A DNA stretch of 47,751 nt from a virus (Duplodnaviria; Caudoviricetes). A program made the position numbers and the translations under genes. Below are positions 26,001 to 35,325 of this stretch, one piece after another. Numbering within the stretch: position 1 is the first letter of the stretch; the number at the start of each line of letters is the position of its first letter. The notes under the pieces were generated by a model. That model saw nothing but the letters and a program-made list of their open reading frames with translations. It was not told the origin of the DNA and searched no databases. Location of the stretch: positions 1-47,751 of IMG/VR virus record IMGVR_UViG_3300048853_000044, one strand, 5' to 3'.

Positions 26001-26792
26001 ACGCGGACGGCCGAGGGCCGCGACTACATCACCAGCATCCTGGGTATCCGGTCCAACTGGCAGGCCAACGGCGGCAACTACGATGCGGCGGCGGGTGCCG
26101 GCTCGGCCAACCTGCTCTACGACCGGCAGCTGCGCCAGGTGCTGGGCGGGCTGGACAAGTCGCAGCTCTTGGACGTGTCGACTTCGCTGCGCGGGGTAGA
26201 CGACGCCGCGGCCAACCTGGCGCAGACGATGGCGGATGCCGTAGTCGCGACGGACGGCCTGGCCGAAGCGCAGGCTCGCGCGGCGGAGGAGCAGGCGCGC
26301 GCGGCTGAGGCTGCCGCCATGGCTGCCCAGCAGGCGCGGGAGCAGGCGCAGCAAACCGCGGCGGGGGCGATCTCCTCGCTGGCAAACTATGCCAACAGCC
26401 TGCGGTTTGGGACGGGCTCGACGCTCAACCCGCGCGAGCAATACATGGCGGCCGAGCGGCAGTTCAACCAGCTCTCGCGGTCGGCGGCGGGCGGCGACCT
26501 GGCCTCGCTGCAGGGCCTGCAGCAGGCGGCCGAGACCTACCGCAACTCCGCGGCCGGCGTCTTCGGCACGTCCGGCGGCGGCTACGTCAACGCCGTGTCG
26601 CGCATTGAGGCGAGCCTGGGCTCCATTGGCCAGCTTTCCGCAGAAGTCCTGACCGCCAGTGCACAAGCCGCCATCCAGCAGACATCGACGGAGACGCTCG
26701 TGGCCGCCATTGCTCGTCTGCAGGAGGAGGTTCGCGGGTTGCGGGCTGATGCCGCGCAGCAGGGCCGTGCCCCGTCGCGGATCGCCGCATGA
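23097..26792 (+). CDS. tail tape measure protein
   Basis: 1231 aa, Ala/Gly/Gln-rich; QNASYQVGDFFVQVASGQSAITALAQQLPQLLG motif. Confidence 0.93.
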   Translation: MSGTTGDLAVKIGVDGLPQFEAAFSQLEARLNTTAGKQRQYEQATLLVQRAQESGAVSAERASQALAALQTRYETQGRALNNLATANDNVAGSANRVAGQVQNASYQVGDFFVQVASGQSAITALAQQLPQLLGGFGMVGALAGAGVAIGAVVYRLMEGKTALEQHEEVLKRVDSQYNATFKAAEEWVSGLDKQAERLNILRARYQGLTEDVRQYEERQLSARRAELSADTDRLMEQGVDFSGLQGRLRSARSVSAGDVAGVSFGDLPAQVQAVTRVLDSYAVSTANAAERSLDLSNGLAAAQRTGGPLTSTLEPLVKSLDALRPKLLENSDALNLVDQMLSSLRTNSIPGAVGALADLMRQASAASTPFATLQQSISDTNSRLQALRTGGLDALKTATQQQSDALRIRKAEIDLAEAEAQRLQQTVQDDAERTRLFREGAAERTRVATEAVQAERTLATETEKAEEAKRAAEQRARAAATASRQASREALAQERAEAVALARVWDTLRRDGQSGLLVAGESDLTALRAIRDGMRGTPLDPKEVDKRANETRSLLKAQQAEAQQTTNDVVRYGADLFADMFATTKGGWDRMWQSMRRTAVGIIARIAAEAVIRPIIAPIVGSAMGSSAMAGAAGSISGSSGMFGGIGQALGLANMGETLGLGSISQSLGLSGLGGAGGLLSTPLWASGAQSAGELAFLSSAGITGSSVTTLGGLFGGAGAGFGAGMLLNSLVGGKSTGGMIGSGGGALAGAALGSIVPGVGTLIGGLLGGAGGGLLGGLFGPGAPNPAASVQYGSNGNGLMVTGSRSKHMNDAEAIGAVEASLQKINDTLGRLQLNLDASAGGQIHFGNDKDEATDQRNLTMAVLGGLRGGSANVAQVIAAEMAKGAAANLETAFSNIEWTRTVYEPLTKAAGATQTFAEALAAVAAPYDAVIAKTRDLGLSEAVLVQRRDEAVAAARQTAAESFWAATRTAEGRDYITSILGIRSNWQANGGNYDAAAGAGSANLLYDRQLRQVLGGLDKSQLLDVSTSLRGVDDAAANLAQTMADAVVATDGLAEAQARAAEEQARAAEAAAMAAQQAREQAQQTAAGAISSLANYANSLRFGTGSTLNPREQYMAAERQFNQLSRSAAGGDLASLQGLQQAAETYRNSAAGVFGTSGGGYVNAVSRIEASLGSIGQLSAEVLTASAQAAIQQTSTETLVAAIARLQEEVRGLRADAAQQGRAPSRIAA

Positions 26793-28438
26793 CCGCCATC
26801 ACCCTCGTCGAGCAGGAGGTCTTCCGGCCAGGCCTGGCCGCTCAGGCGCTCTACAGCCACGGGCTTACCGGCGAGGGCTTCCCCTGGCCCGTGCCGCAGC
26901 CGCTGGAATCGTCCGACGTGCTGCGAGCCAGTGATGTCGGCTACCGCAGCCGAAGCGCGGACACTGGCGGGGTGCAGCCCTACCCGCCCCTGCTGCGCTC
27001 GGCGCTGTCCATCGATCGGCAGATCAACCTGTCGCTCGGTGCCAGCAACGCCGCGGCGGCATGGGGTGGCCTGACCCTAAGCAACGCCGACGGCCGGTTT
27101 GACAGCCTGGCCGGGACCTACAACTCGGACCGGCGCGCGGTGCGGGTGCTGCGGGGTCAGCGGACGTGGGATGCGGCCAGGCAACTGTGGCTCGATCCGC
27201 CGCGGTCCAGCATGTCGCTGGTGTTCGCCGGGCTGTCTCGCCCCTGGTTCCTGGGTGACGAGGGACTGACGATCGAAGTGCGAGACGCGACCTACTGGCT
27301 CGAGCGGCCGCTGCTGTCGCGGCTTTACCTCGGGACTGGGGCCTATGAGGGCACGGCCGACATGGCAGGCCAGCCTGTGCCCAAAGTGCGGGGTGGCCTG
27401 CTCGGCAACCCGGTCAACAACGTGACGCCGGTTCTGGTCGACCCCTCGGTGCTGCTCTACCAGGTCAGCGACGGGCCAGGGGGCATCAACTTCGTCTACA
27501 CCGGCGGCGACTTCTCGAACATGACCCGGGCGCCCGCGGTATCCGACCCTTATGCGACCACCTGCCCGCCTGGCCAGTTCCGCGTCATCAGCATCCCGAC
27601 CGGCCTCTACCTGCAGCTGGGCTCGCCGCTCAGCAATGGCTGGCAGCTGACCTGCGACGCCTACGGGCATTTCCCCGCGGCCGGCGCGGTGTCGCAGACC
27701 GCGGACGTGGTGCGCTACTTGCTGACGGAGGAAGTCGGGCTGCCGGCCGAGTACCTGGACCTGGACAGCTTTGCCGGGGCCCAGGCGTCGTTTCCGTCCA
27801 TCTCGGGCGACTACTGGCCGCAGCCGGTTTCGGCCATCGACGCCATTGCCCCCTTCCTGGCCGGCATGGGGGCGCAGTTGGTGCCGACCCGGGACGGCCG
27901 GCTCCGGCTGGCCTACATCGCCTCACTGCCGAGCTCGCCACCCATCACGGCGACCTTCGACAGCACCGACATCGTCTCCATCCGGCCGCGCCAGCTGCCA
28001 GCCGACCTGGCGCCACCCCCGGGTCGGATCCGGGTGAGCTATCAGCGCAACAACACGCTGCAGACCAACAACCTGGACCCGGATGTGACGCCGACGCGGC
28101 AGCAATACCTGGCGCAGGAGTATCGGACCGCGACCTACGTCTCGACGCCGATCCAGCAGAGCTACCGCACGGCGGGCGACCCGCCGGCCATTGCCACGCG
28201 GCTGCTGAGCCAGACCAACGCGCAGGCGCTGACCAACCGGCTTGCCCTGATGTGGTGCGCGTATCGGCGCCTCTACGACATGGTGGTGCCGATCGACCGG
28301 GCGCTTGGCGTCGATCTCGGCACCGTGGTCCGCATCACCTACCCGCGGGGGGGCTTCCAGAGCGGCCTGAACGGCGTCGTGGTCGGTGAGAGCATCCGCG
28401 GCGGCGAGACCACCTCAACCCTCACGGTGCTGATCTGA
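26789..28438 (+). CDS. tail tip/hub protein
   Basis: Directly after the tape measure; LSNADGRFD and YLGTGAYEG...PKVRG...NVTPVLVD motifs of siphophage tail-tip proteins. Confidence 0.7.
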   Translation: MTAITLVEQEVFRPGLAAQALYSHGLTGEGFPWPVPQPLESSDVLRASDVGYRSRSADTGGVQPYPPLLRSALSIDRQINLSLGASNAAAAWGGLTLSNADGRFDSLAGTYNSDRRAVRVLRGQRTWDAARQLWLDPPRSSMSLVFAGLSRPWFLGDEGLTIEVRDATYWLERPLLSRLYLGTGAYEGTADMAGQPVPKVRGGLLGNPVNNVTPVLVDPSVLLYQVSDGPGGINFVYTGGDFSNMTRAPAVSDPYATTCPPGQFRVISIPTGLYLQLGSPLSNGWQLTCDAYGHFPAAGAVSQTADVVRYLLTEEVGLPAEYLDLDSFAGAQASFPSISGDYWPQPVSAIDAIAPFLAGMGAQLVPTRDGRLRLAYIASLPSSPPITATFDSTDIVSIRPRQLPADLAPPPGRIRVSYQRNNTLQTNNLDPDVTPTRQQYLAQEYRTATYVSTPIQQSYRTAGDPPAIATRLLSQTNAQALTNRLALMWCAYRRLYDMVVPIDRALGVDLGTVVRITYPRGGFQSGLNGVVVGESIRGGETTSTLTVLI

Positions 28439-29223
28439 TGGCCAATCCCTGGTGGGGTCTCACCAACTACGTGGTGACCGGCGCGCTCTCGGCCACCTAC
28501 GCCGAGACGACCATGCCGGCGACCAATCTGGCGACCGTGCATGGCGCGGCGTCGGAGGCCTGGCAGACGCCGGCGGGGCGCACGACGGCGGCTTTCATGG
28601 TGGACGCTGGGGCCTCGATGCCCTGGCGGATCCTGGCCTTCTTCCGCAGCAACCTGAACACCAACGCCCTGGTGCGCTGGAGGCTCAGCGACAATGAAGA
28701 CATGTCGGATCCGCTCTACGACACCGGTAACATCAACGCCCGGATCGTGCCTGGCATCGGGCAGTCGGTGCACATCATGCCCAGCGAGATCACGGCGCGC
28801 TATGTGCGATGCGACGTGATCAACGCCTCCAACCCGGACGGCTTTCTGAACATCGCCCTGGCCTACGCCGGGCCCGCGACCGAGATGCTGGGCGGCGTGA
28901 GCTACTCGACGCAGTTCGGCCACGAAGAGCGCGCCGACGACTACGAGACCCGCGGCGGGCAGGAATACCGGGAGCTGCTGGCCGTGCGGCGGCGCTGGGA
29001 CCTGTCGATCGAGACGCTGCGGCAGTCCGAGATCGAGGACTGGGCTTTCGACATGGATCGGACATGCCGGGACGGCCGCAACATCCTGTTCATCCTGAAC
29101 CCCGAAAGCATGATCCGGGCGTCGCGCGATGCGGTCTTCGGCCGGGTCAAGCCGGGCGGGCTGTTCGGCTATCGATCGTATCTCCGCCGGACCTGGGCGG
29201 CCACTGTGACGGAGCGCCTGTGA
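28438..29223 (+). CDS. tail tip structural protein
   Basis: TGATG coupling; NLNTNALVRWR and ARYVRCDV pattern. Confidence 0.65.
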   Translation: MANPWWGLTNYVVTGALSATYAETTMPATNLATVHGAASEAWQTPAGRTTAAFMVDAGASMPWRILAFFRSNLNTNALVRWRLSDNEDMSDPLYDTGNINARIVPGIGQSVHIMPSEITARYVRCDVINASNPDGFLNIALAYAGPATEMLGGVSYSTQFGHEERADDYETRGGQEYRELLAVRRRWDLSIETLRQSEIEDWAFDMDRTCRDGRNILFILNPESMIRASRDAVFGRVKPGGLFGYRSYLRRTWAATVTERL

Positions 29224-29224
29224 G

Positions 29225-30031
29225 ATGCCCGACCTGATCGGCGATTTCATTGAAGAGGTCGCAAACGCCCCGGGCAACCTGGCCACTTTCAGCTTGGCAG
29301 GACCGATCAACGGAGCGCGCGCCTTTGCGTCACGGTTCCCCGATCAGTCAGAAATCATGATCGGCATGCTCGACGGTGCTCAGGCGCAGACTTGCCGGGT
29401 GCGCCTGACGATCGGCACGCCCAATCAGATTACTATCCTGCAAGTGATGGAGAACACGGCCAACACGACGAGCCGCCTGAACTTTACTGGCGCAACCCGT
29501 GTCTACTCGCGGTTGCCGGCCAGTCGCTCTGTCGCTGGGTCCGTGCGGATCCGCGAGGATGTGTTCAACTCGCTGGTCGGTGCCTGGGTGGTGTCGCTGC
29601 CCCCCGAGTTCTCGCAGTTCATCGTCGAGTGGCAGGATGTCACATTCTCGGCCGCCTCGGCCGGGCTCTATTTCCGCCTGTCGACCAATGGCGGCACCAG
29701 CTGGATACAAGGCGCGACCGACTACCCGCAGACGCAGATATCCTGGACCGCCGGAGCGGTGACGCCTGGCGGTGGTGGCCTCTCCTACGGCCAGATCGCG
29801 CCCGCCGGCGTGAGCGTCATGATGGGCGACATGTCGCTTCAGCCGACTGGCGCCCGGACCTGGATGGCGCGCAGCCACACCGTCGTAGGCGCCAGTGTCG
29901 TCCACACGGGGTTTGACGCTCGCGGCTGGGCTGGCCCCACGCCGGCGGCGCGCGCCACCAACCTGATGATCGCGGGCATCTCTGTCGCCAACCTGGCGCA
30001 GGGGCGCTTCCGACTGCTGGGCGTCTACTGA
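29225..30031 (+). CDS. tail protein
   Basis: In operon; LYFRLSTNGGTSW and a C-terminal GRFRLLGV typical of phage tail accessory proteins. Confidence 0.6.
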   Translation: MPDLIGDFIEEVANAPGNLATFSLAGPINGARAFASRFPDQSEIMIGMLDGAQAQTCRVRLTIGTPNQITILQVMENTANTTSRLNFTGATRVYSRLPASRSVAGSVRIREDVFNSLVGAWVVSLPPEFSQFIVEWQDVTFSAASAGLYFRLSTNGGTSWIQGATDYPQTQISWTAGAVTPGGGGLSYGQIAPAGVSVMMGDMSLQPTGARTWMARSHTVVGASVVHTGFDARGWAGPTPAARATNLMIAGISVANLAQGRFRLLGVY

Positions 30032-30354
30032 TGGCTCAGGTGATGATTGACGGCCAGATGGCGGATGCGGATCCTGCGCTGCAGGCGGCTATGGCGGCGG
30101 ATGCAGTCTCTGCGCCGGTCAAGGTGTACACCCGCCGGATCCACATCTTCGAGCGCGCCACCAAGGACGAATGCGCCCTGCTTGCAGCCAGGCTGGCCGC
30201 CGCGGAGGACCAGCTGGCGCAGATCTTCAGCGCCGCCGACTGGATCGACCACGACAACCCTTGGTTCCCCGAGCTGCGTTCGGAGATCTCGGCGGCCGTG
30301 GGGAGCGATCGTGCTGAGGTACTCCTGGCCGCGTCCCCCTACCCCCAGGCATGA
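30031..30354 (+). CDS. tail-associated small protein (possible assembly chaperone)
   Basis: Coupled; IFERAT...GSDRAEVLLA pattern. Confidence 0.55.
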   Translation: MAQVMIDGQMADADPALQAAMAADAVSAPVKVYTRRIHIFERATKDECALLAARLAAAEDQLAQIFSAADWIDHDNPWFPELRSEISAAVGSDRAEVLLAASPYPQA

Positions 30355-30366
30355 GGACTTGCCAAG

Positions 30367-30702
30367 ATGGCAACACCCCCACGCATTCCCATGGCGACCC
30401 TGCCGCTCGGAGAGAATGACGAGCACATCGTGCTGCAGGATGGTAAGCGCCGGCGGGCCACCAACAAGCAGGTGCTGGCGAATGCGGCCACGAAGCAGGG
30501 CGATGCTGGGCCGCCTGGCAAGAGCGCCTACGAAGTCGCGAAGGCTGCAGGCTTCTCCGGCACTGAGGCGCAGTGGATTTCCTCTTTGAAGGGAAGGGAC
30601 GGGACATCAGTTGGTAGTGGTACTGGTGCCCCATCTTCGTCTGGCCAAGCTGGCGATCTCTATCTCGACGTATCGACCGGAGATCTTTGGCGCTTCAGCT
30701 AG
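30367..30702 (+). CDS. short collagen-associated fibre protein
   Basis: GDAGPPGKSAYEVAKAAGFSGTEAQWISSLKG and GTGAP...GDLYLDVSTGDLW motifs. Confidence 0.75.
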   Translation: MATPPRIPMATLPLGENDEHIVLQDGKRRRATNKQVLANAATKQGDAGPPGKSAYEVAKAAGFSGTEAQWISSLKGRDGTSVGSGTGAPSSSGQAGDLYLDVSTGDLWRFS

Positions 30703-31130
30703 ATGTTCAGCGGATCTTCAGCGGCCCACTTGGCTCGCAAACGCTTGGTTTTCTCTGCTTGGCAAACCGAGCAATAGCGCTGCTTCCCATACTTTCGGTC
30801 GTACGGGTGTCCCTTCGGACAATGCGTCTTCTGTGAGTTGATATAAGCCAGAGAAGTGCTGTCGCGCAGGGCGTTCTCTTCCGCTGTGACCGCCTGCAGA
30901 TGTTGAGGATTCACGCATGCCCGATTGCGGCAGGTGTGATTGACGACGTGGTCAGCCGGCAAGTCGCCCTTGGCCATGAACCATGCGACGCGATGAGCGC
31001 GCCGTCCCCGCCGTCGAAAGTGGAACGTGCCGTAGCCGTCACGGTCCAATGGGCCTTGCCAAACCCAACAATCCTGAACCTTGACCCATTTCGAGTTGAA
31101 CCTCTTCGCCTCTTCATCGGTCATGAACAT
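30699..31130 (-). CDS. free-standing HNH homing endonuclease
   Basis: CWVWQG...GYGTF...AHRVAW...HTCRNRACVNPQHL...EN plus C-terminal THCPKGH...CSVC; antisense within the tail operon. Confidence 0.92.
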   Translation of the reverse strand: MFMTDEEAKRFNSKWVKVQDCWVWQGPLDRDGYGTFHFRRRGRRAHRVAWFMAKGDLPADHVVNHTCRNRACVNPQHLQAVTAEENALRDSTSLAYINSQKTHCPKGHPYDRKYGKQRYCSVCQAEKTKRLRAKWAAEDPLNI

Positions 31131-31195
31131 GCCGGTCTCTCCGTACGGACCGCAAGGCTACATGGTGACAAAGGTTCTTCCAAGGGAATCCGTCG

Positions 31196-31522
31196 ATGCC
31201 GGGGTCAAAAATTGGAAGTTTAAAGGGCCCGAAGGGAGACGCCGGCAAAGACGCCGCCTCTATCCAGCGCGCCATCGTCACGGCCGGGACTGACGGCACC
31301 TACGTCTGGACCTACCCAACCGCTTATCCCGCGGGAACCGTGCCGATCGGCTCGGCCGACGTGCAGGACGCCAGCGCCGACACGATCACAGTGAAGATCA
31401 CTGCGATCACCAACACCGCCATGACGGTGAAGGCGACCAAGCCGGTCCTCGTGCTGACCCTGCTGAACGCGCAGGCCGCGGCCAGCGTGAAGCTGCACCT
31501 GATGGTCATGGCACCGCCCTAA
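31196..31522 (+). CDS. short collagen-associated fibre protein
   Basis: KIGSLKGPKGDAGKD followed by a beta-rich domain. Confidence 0.7.
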   Translation: MPGSKIGSLKGPKGDAGKDAASIQRAIVTAGTDGTYVWTYPTAYPAGTVPIGSADVQDASADTITVKITAITNTAMTVKATKPVLVLTLLNAQAAASVKLHLMVMAPP

Positions 31523-31553
31523 CCTCTGCCACCCAAAAATCTGGAGGTCCTTC

Positions 31554-34241
31554 ATGTCGAGCACGCTCGCCGTGGATGTGAAGCTGCGCCCGCGTCTCGG
31601 CCCCTACTACTCCGCGCGCCGGCAGCGGGTGGAGATCGGCTCGACGCAGGCCGTGTATTTCGACGTGGTCCATGCGCTGACGGGCGCGCTGGTTCCTGGG
31701 GCGACGGGCGTCTCAGCCCTCGCCTGGCTGCCTGGGACTGCCGGCACGGATGCGCCTGGCCAGCCGCTGCAAGTGGTCGAGGCCACCCCGGGCACCCTGC
31801 GCGTCGAGGTGCCCGCCGACATCCCCGGCACTTGGCGCATCTGGCTGGCCATCACTGATCCGAGCTTTGAGACGGGTGAGATCGTCTTCGACGTGCCGGA
31901 CGATGGTGGGGCGCCGGCTCAACTGAACATCGCCGAGTGGCGCTCTTTGCAGGCCTCCGCTGCTGCGGCGGCCGTCTCGGCTGCAGGTCCTGAAGCTCGC
32001 CGGGTGGCCCTGGCCGAAGGTGCCGCCGCGGCCAAGCCGTTCGCCGACGCCGCGGCAGATAGCGAAGCGGCCGCCATTGATGAGGCTACCAAGGCTGCGG
32101 CGGCCTCAACGCTCGCAGTCAACGCTCAACAGGCGGCCGGCGGCAGCAAGACGGATGCCGCACTGGCAGCAGCCAATGCTCAGGCCGCACTGGCGCAGGT
32201 CTCGACGCTGATTGCTGGCGCAGCGGCCCTCGGCACCCAGCTTTCTGCCGCGGCTGGCTTCAACAACCCGGCGATCGCAACCGGCCAGACCTTCTTCGTC
32301 GCCACGCCAGCGGGGGCCGTCCTCTACGTCAAGGGCGCTACGCTCGAGGCAACCCAGCCCTCAACCAACCCGGCCCTAGTTCTTCCCGCGGCAGGAGCGG
32401 TCGATCAGCGTCTCCCCCTAGACGGCTCGAAGCCGATGCAGGGAGCCCTGGCGCTCGGCGGCAATGCGGTGACCGGGGTGAGCCAGATCGACCTGGCCTT
32501 GGTTGGTCTGCAGGACGACGATTATGTCCATCTGCTGCGCCCGCTCGGTCCTGACGGCCTGCCCCGCCTGTTCGCGGCGCTGAACAAGCGCAATGGCATG
32601 CTCGCTCTGGGGGCGCTGGAGGACGAAAGCCGGGTCCGCTTGGCGCTCGCTCTCTACGGTGCCGGTCTGTCCCTCCCGGCGGTCACCGTCGGCGAGGACG
32701 GGCTGCTCGATCTCTTCAGCGTCGCGATAGCGGCCGGGCAGACGGGGCGGTCCTTCGCCCTTAACGTCAGGGACGGAACGGTGTCGCTAGGCGCGCTGGA
32801 CGCCGAAAGCCGGGCTCGTGTCGGCCGCGACCTGTTCGGCGCCGGTATTGATATCTCGACGGCCGAGATCGATGACGCCGGGATCGTCGATGTCTTTGGG
32901 CTGAAGAACCCGGCTGGCCAGCGCACCCGCTCGGTCGGAATCAACCCGCGGACCGGTGAGGTGGCCCTTGGGGCGCTCGACAGGGACAGCCGGCAGCGCC
33001 TGGCGGCCGACCTCACCAGCTTCATCGGTGGCCGCCCGCTCGGGGTCGCATCTCTTGCCTCGTCGATCACCTATGTCCCGCAAGGCGGGCAGTCGCTGGC
33101 TACGGGCGAGATTACCGTCACCAACCCGGCGATACCGGCAAACGAGCCGGTCATCCTGTCAACCGCCCCGCTCTCGCCGAATGCTTGGATGCTGAACACC
33201 GGGTTGCGCGGCGTCCTCGGCCAGGCTCTCGACGCGACCAAGCTCACCGACTTCGCGCCGGCGCAGGACGACTTCGACGGCTTCCGGGGGCAGTCCCCTG
33301 GCTCGGCCATGATGGCGCATCTCCACCGCGAGAACCTGAAGCGCGGGATCCTGCATGACATGGTCTGGCGGGGGCACGCCCGCGGCGGCCGGACGATTGC
33401 ACAGCTGCAGGAAGGTAGCGGAAGCTTTGAGAACGCCGTGACCGAGCTGCAGAAGGCGGTCTTTATCGCCGCCGCCTATGGGCGCGAGATCAGCATGCCG
33501 GCGATCGTCTGGACCCAGGGCGAGCAGGACCGGGCGACGGCAGAGCAGACCTACCTCGACGCCCTGGTGACGCTTCGGAACTCCTACAACGCACGTATGC
33601 TGCCCGTCCTGCCGGCTGGCCACCCGGCGATTGCCCTGCTGATGGACCAGGTCAGCGCCAGCAGCAACGCCGGGCCGGGCACGCCAGCGCAGATCGCGCA
33701 GTATAGGGCGGCGCGCGACCTGGCCGGCTTCTACCTGGTGGGTCCCCACTATCAGCTGCTGCTCTCGGACACCGTGCACCTGCGTGCGGAGGGCTATGCG
33801 CTGCTGGGTGAGTACCAAGCCCGCGCCTGGCACCAGATCTTCCGGCTCGGCAATGCCTCCTGGAAGCCCGTGATGCCGACGAGTGTCAGCCGTTCCGACA
33901 ACGTCGTGCGGGTCGTGCTGAACCGCCCTGACGGAGCACCGATCGTCTACGACGCGACGACCCTGCCGCCCCACCCAAATGGCGCCTGGGGCTTCGAGTA
34001 TGAGGGCGCCAGCATCACCAACGTCGCCCTGACGGACGGCGCGGCGGGCATCATTGACATCACCCTGAGCTCGGCTGTCGGTGGCAAGCTGAGCTACGCC
34101 TGGACATCTTTCGGAGGCGGCTACGGCGTCCGGGCGGGCGCCTGGGGCAATGTCCGGGACGACTATGCCGGCCGCTCGGTGACCCTCCCCCGCATGACCC
34201 TTCTCAACTGGTGCGTCACCTTCCAGGAGACCGTCGCATGA
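31554..34241 (+). CDS. tail spike/fibre with C-terminal SGNH (sialate O-acetylesterase-like) domain
   Basis: Ala-rich stalk, three ~60-aa repeats, then GQSL, WTQGEQD and DTVH catalytic motifs; GGAGG RBS. Confidence 0.8.
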   Translation: MSSTLAVDVKLRPRLGPYYSARRQRVEIGSTQAVYFDVVHALTGALVPGATGVSALAWLPGTAGTDAPGQPLQVVEATPGTLRVEVPADIPGTWRIWLAITDPSFETGEIVFDVPDDGGAPAQLNIAEWRSLQASAAAAAVSAAGPEARRVALAEGAAAAKPFADAAADSEAAAIDEATKAAAASTLAVNAQQAAGGSKTDAALAAANAQAALAQVSTLIAGAAALGTQLSAAAGFNNPAIATGQTFFVATPAGAVLYVKGATLEATQPSTNPALVLPAAGAVDQRLPLDGSKPMQGALALGGNAVTGVSQIDLALVGLQDDDYVHLLRPLGPDGLPRLFAALNKRNGMLALGALEDESRVRLALALYGAGLSLPAVTVGEDGLLDLFSVAIAAGQTGRSFALNVRDGTVSLGALDAESRARVGRDLFGAGIDISTAEIDDAGIVDVFGLKNPAGQRTRSVGINPRTGEVALGALDRDSRQRLAADLTSFIGGRPLGVASLASSITYVPQGGQSLATGEITVTNPAIPANEPVILSTAPLSPNAWMLNTGLRGVLGQALDATKLTDFAPAQDDFDGFRGQSPGSAMMAHLHRENLKRGILHDMVWRGHARGGRTIAQLQEGSGSFENAVTELQKAVFIAAAYGREISMPAIVWTQGEQDRATAEQTYLDALVTLRNSYNARMLPVLPAGHPAIALLMDQVSASSNAGPGTPAQIAQYRAARDLAGFYLVGPHYQLLLSDTVHLRAEGYALLGEYQARAWHQIFRLGNASWKPVMPTSVSRSDNVVRVVLNRPDGAPIVYDATTLPPHPNGAWGFEYEGASITNVALTDGAAGIIDITLSSAVGGKLSYAWTSFGGGYGVRAGAWGNVRDDYAGRSVTLPRMTLLNWCVTFQETVA
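32514..33015 (+). repeat. three tandem ~60-aa repeats in the spike protein
   Basis: LNKRNGMLALGALEDESRVRL / LNVRDGTVSLGALDAESRARV / INPRTGEVALGALDRDSRQRL. Confidence 0.85.
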
Positions 34242-35032
34242 GCATTATAAACCTGCCGTTCACGCTGACGGCGCCCGACCCGCGCGTTCCGGTGGTGATC
34301 GACTTCGCCGCGGCCATTCCCGCCCTGCCGGGGATCTGGAGCTGGCACTCGGTTCGCCAGGGGGCGATCACGCTCGACGCGAACGGCAATATCGATACGC
34401 TGATCGATCGCACGCCGAACGGGCGCACCATTGGTGGCACCCCGATCGGTCTTCATCCCGCCGTCGTGGCTGACGCCGTGAACGGCAAGTCGGCCGCTTC
34501 GTTCGACGGCACCGATGGTCTGCTCTACCTGAGCAGTCACCCGACCACCGCTTACAGCAACCTGATTGTGTTCCGGGCTCCTGCTTCCACGACCGATCAG
34601 ACAATCTTCGGTCAGTCGACCAGCGTCGGCATCAACCACCGGATCTGGTTCCAGGCCAATTCTATGGCGCTCCGACATCAGGCTCAGAACGCCGCGTTGG
34701 TCAGCGGCGATACGAACATCAGCGCCGGCAACGTCGTGCCCGACGCCTGGAATGTGGTCGTGGCAACGTTCGACGGGGCTACGGGTAGCGTGAAGGTGAA
34801 GCTCAACGATCTGCCAGTGGTGACTGCCACCAAGGCTGGTCTGACCGCGATCCAGGACATCCAAAACCTGCTGGGCTGCGGCAACACGCCGGGCGGCGTC
34901 CCTTCCAGCGCGTTCAAGGGTCGCCTCGCCGATCTCATCGTCATGTCCAACGACGTGCTGGCCACCCCGCAAGCCAGCAGCCTCGCGCTGCTGCGGAAGT
35001 ATTTCGCCGCGGCCTACGGGCTGGCGATCTGA
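34238..35032 (+). CDS. LamG/ConA-like lectin-fold virion protein
   Basis: NGKSAASFDG, WNVVVATFDG...VKLN, FKGRLADLIV; ATGA-coupled to the spike. Confidence 0.7.
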   Translation: MSIINLPFTLTAPDPRVPVVIDFAAAIPALPGIWSWHSVRQGAITLDANGNIDTLIDRTPNGRTIGGTPIGLHPAVVADAVNGKSAASFDGTDGLLYLSSHPTTAYSNLIVFRAPASTTDQTIFGQSTSVGINHRIWFQANSMALRHQAQNAALVSGDTNISAGNVVPDAWNVVVATFDGATGSVKVKLNDLPVVTATKAGLTAIQDIQNLLGCGNTPGGVPSSAFKGRLADLIVMSNDVLATPQASSLALLRKYFAAAYGLAI

Positions 35033-35051
35033 CGCAAGGAAGGACAGAGCC

Positions 35052-35324
35052 ATGGCCACCGGATACACCAACTATTCCGCCGGCGTTGATAGCCCGGCGG
35101 CGAACTGGTCGGCCGTCACGCCGGCCAATGCCGACCTCCCCACCAATTGCCGCGCTTTGTGGATCGGCGGCGCTGGCGATGTCGTGGTTCAGAGTGAGGC
35201 CGGCCCGAGCGGGCCTTCCAACACTGCGACGTTCGCTGGCGTACCGGCCGGCACGCTTCTTCCTGTCCGCGCCTTGCGTGTGCTCCCGGCCACCACCGCA
35301 ACTAACATCGTGGCGCTGTGGTGA
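35052..35324 (+). CDS. head-spike base protein (RcGTA Rcc01079-like)
   Basis: SPA...AVTP..DLP..RALWIGGAGDV...F.GVPAGTLLPVRA.RV..TTATNIVALW pattern. Confidence 0.85.
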   Translation: MATGYTNYSAGVDSPAANWSAVTPANADLPTNCRALWIGGAGDVVVQSEAGPSGPSNTATFAGVPAGTLLPVRALRVLPATTATNIVALW

Positions 35325-35325
35325 C

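Noticed and set aside
30699-31196. HNH as part of a group I intron splitting one collagen-fibre gene
   Set aside because: The ORF is antisense, there is almost no non-coding room for a ribozyme core, and the flanking genes have their own stop and start.
34221-34230. TTCCAGGAGA identical to 10 bp of the left att core
   Set aside because: It lies in coding sequence (FQE) and lacks the flanking inverted repeats; compatible with chance.
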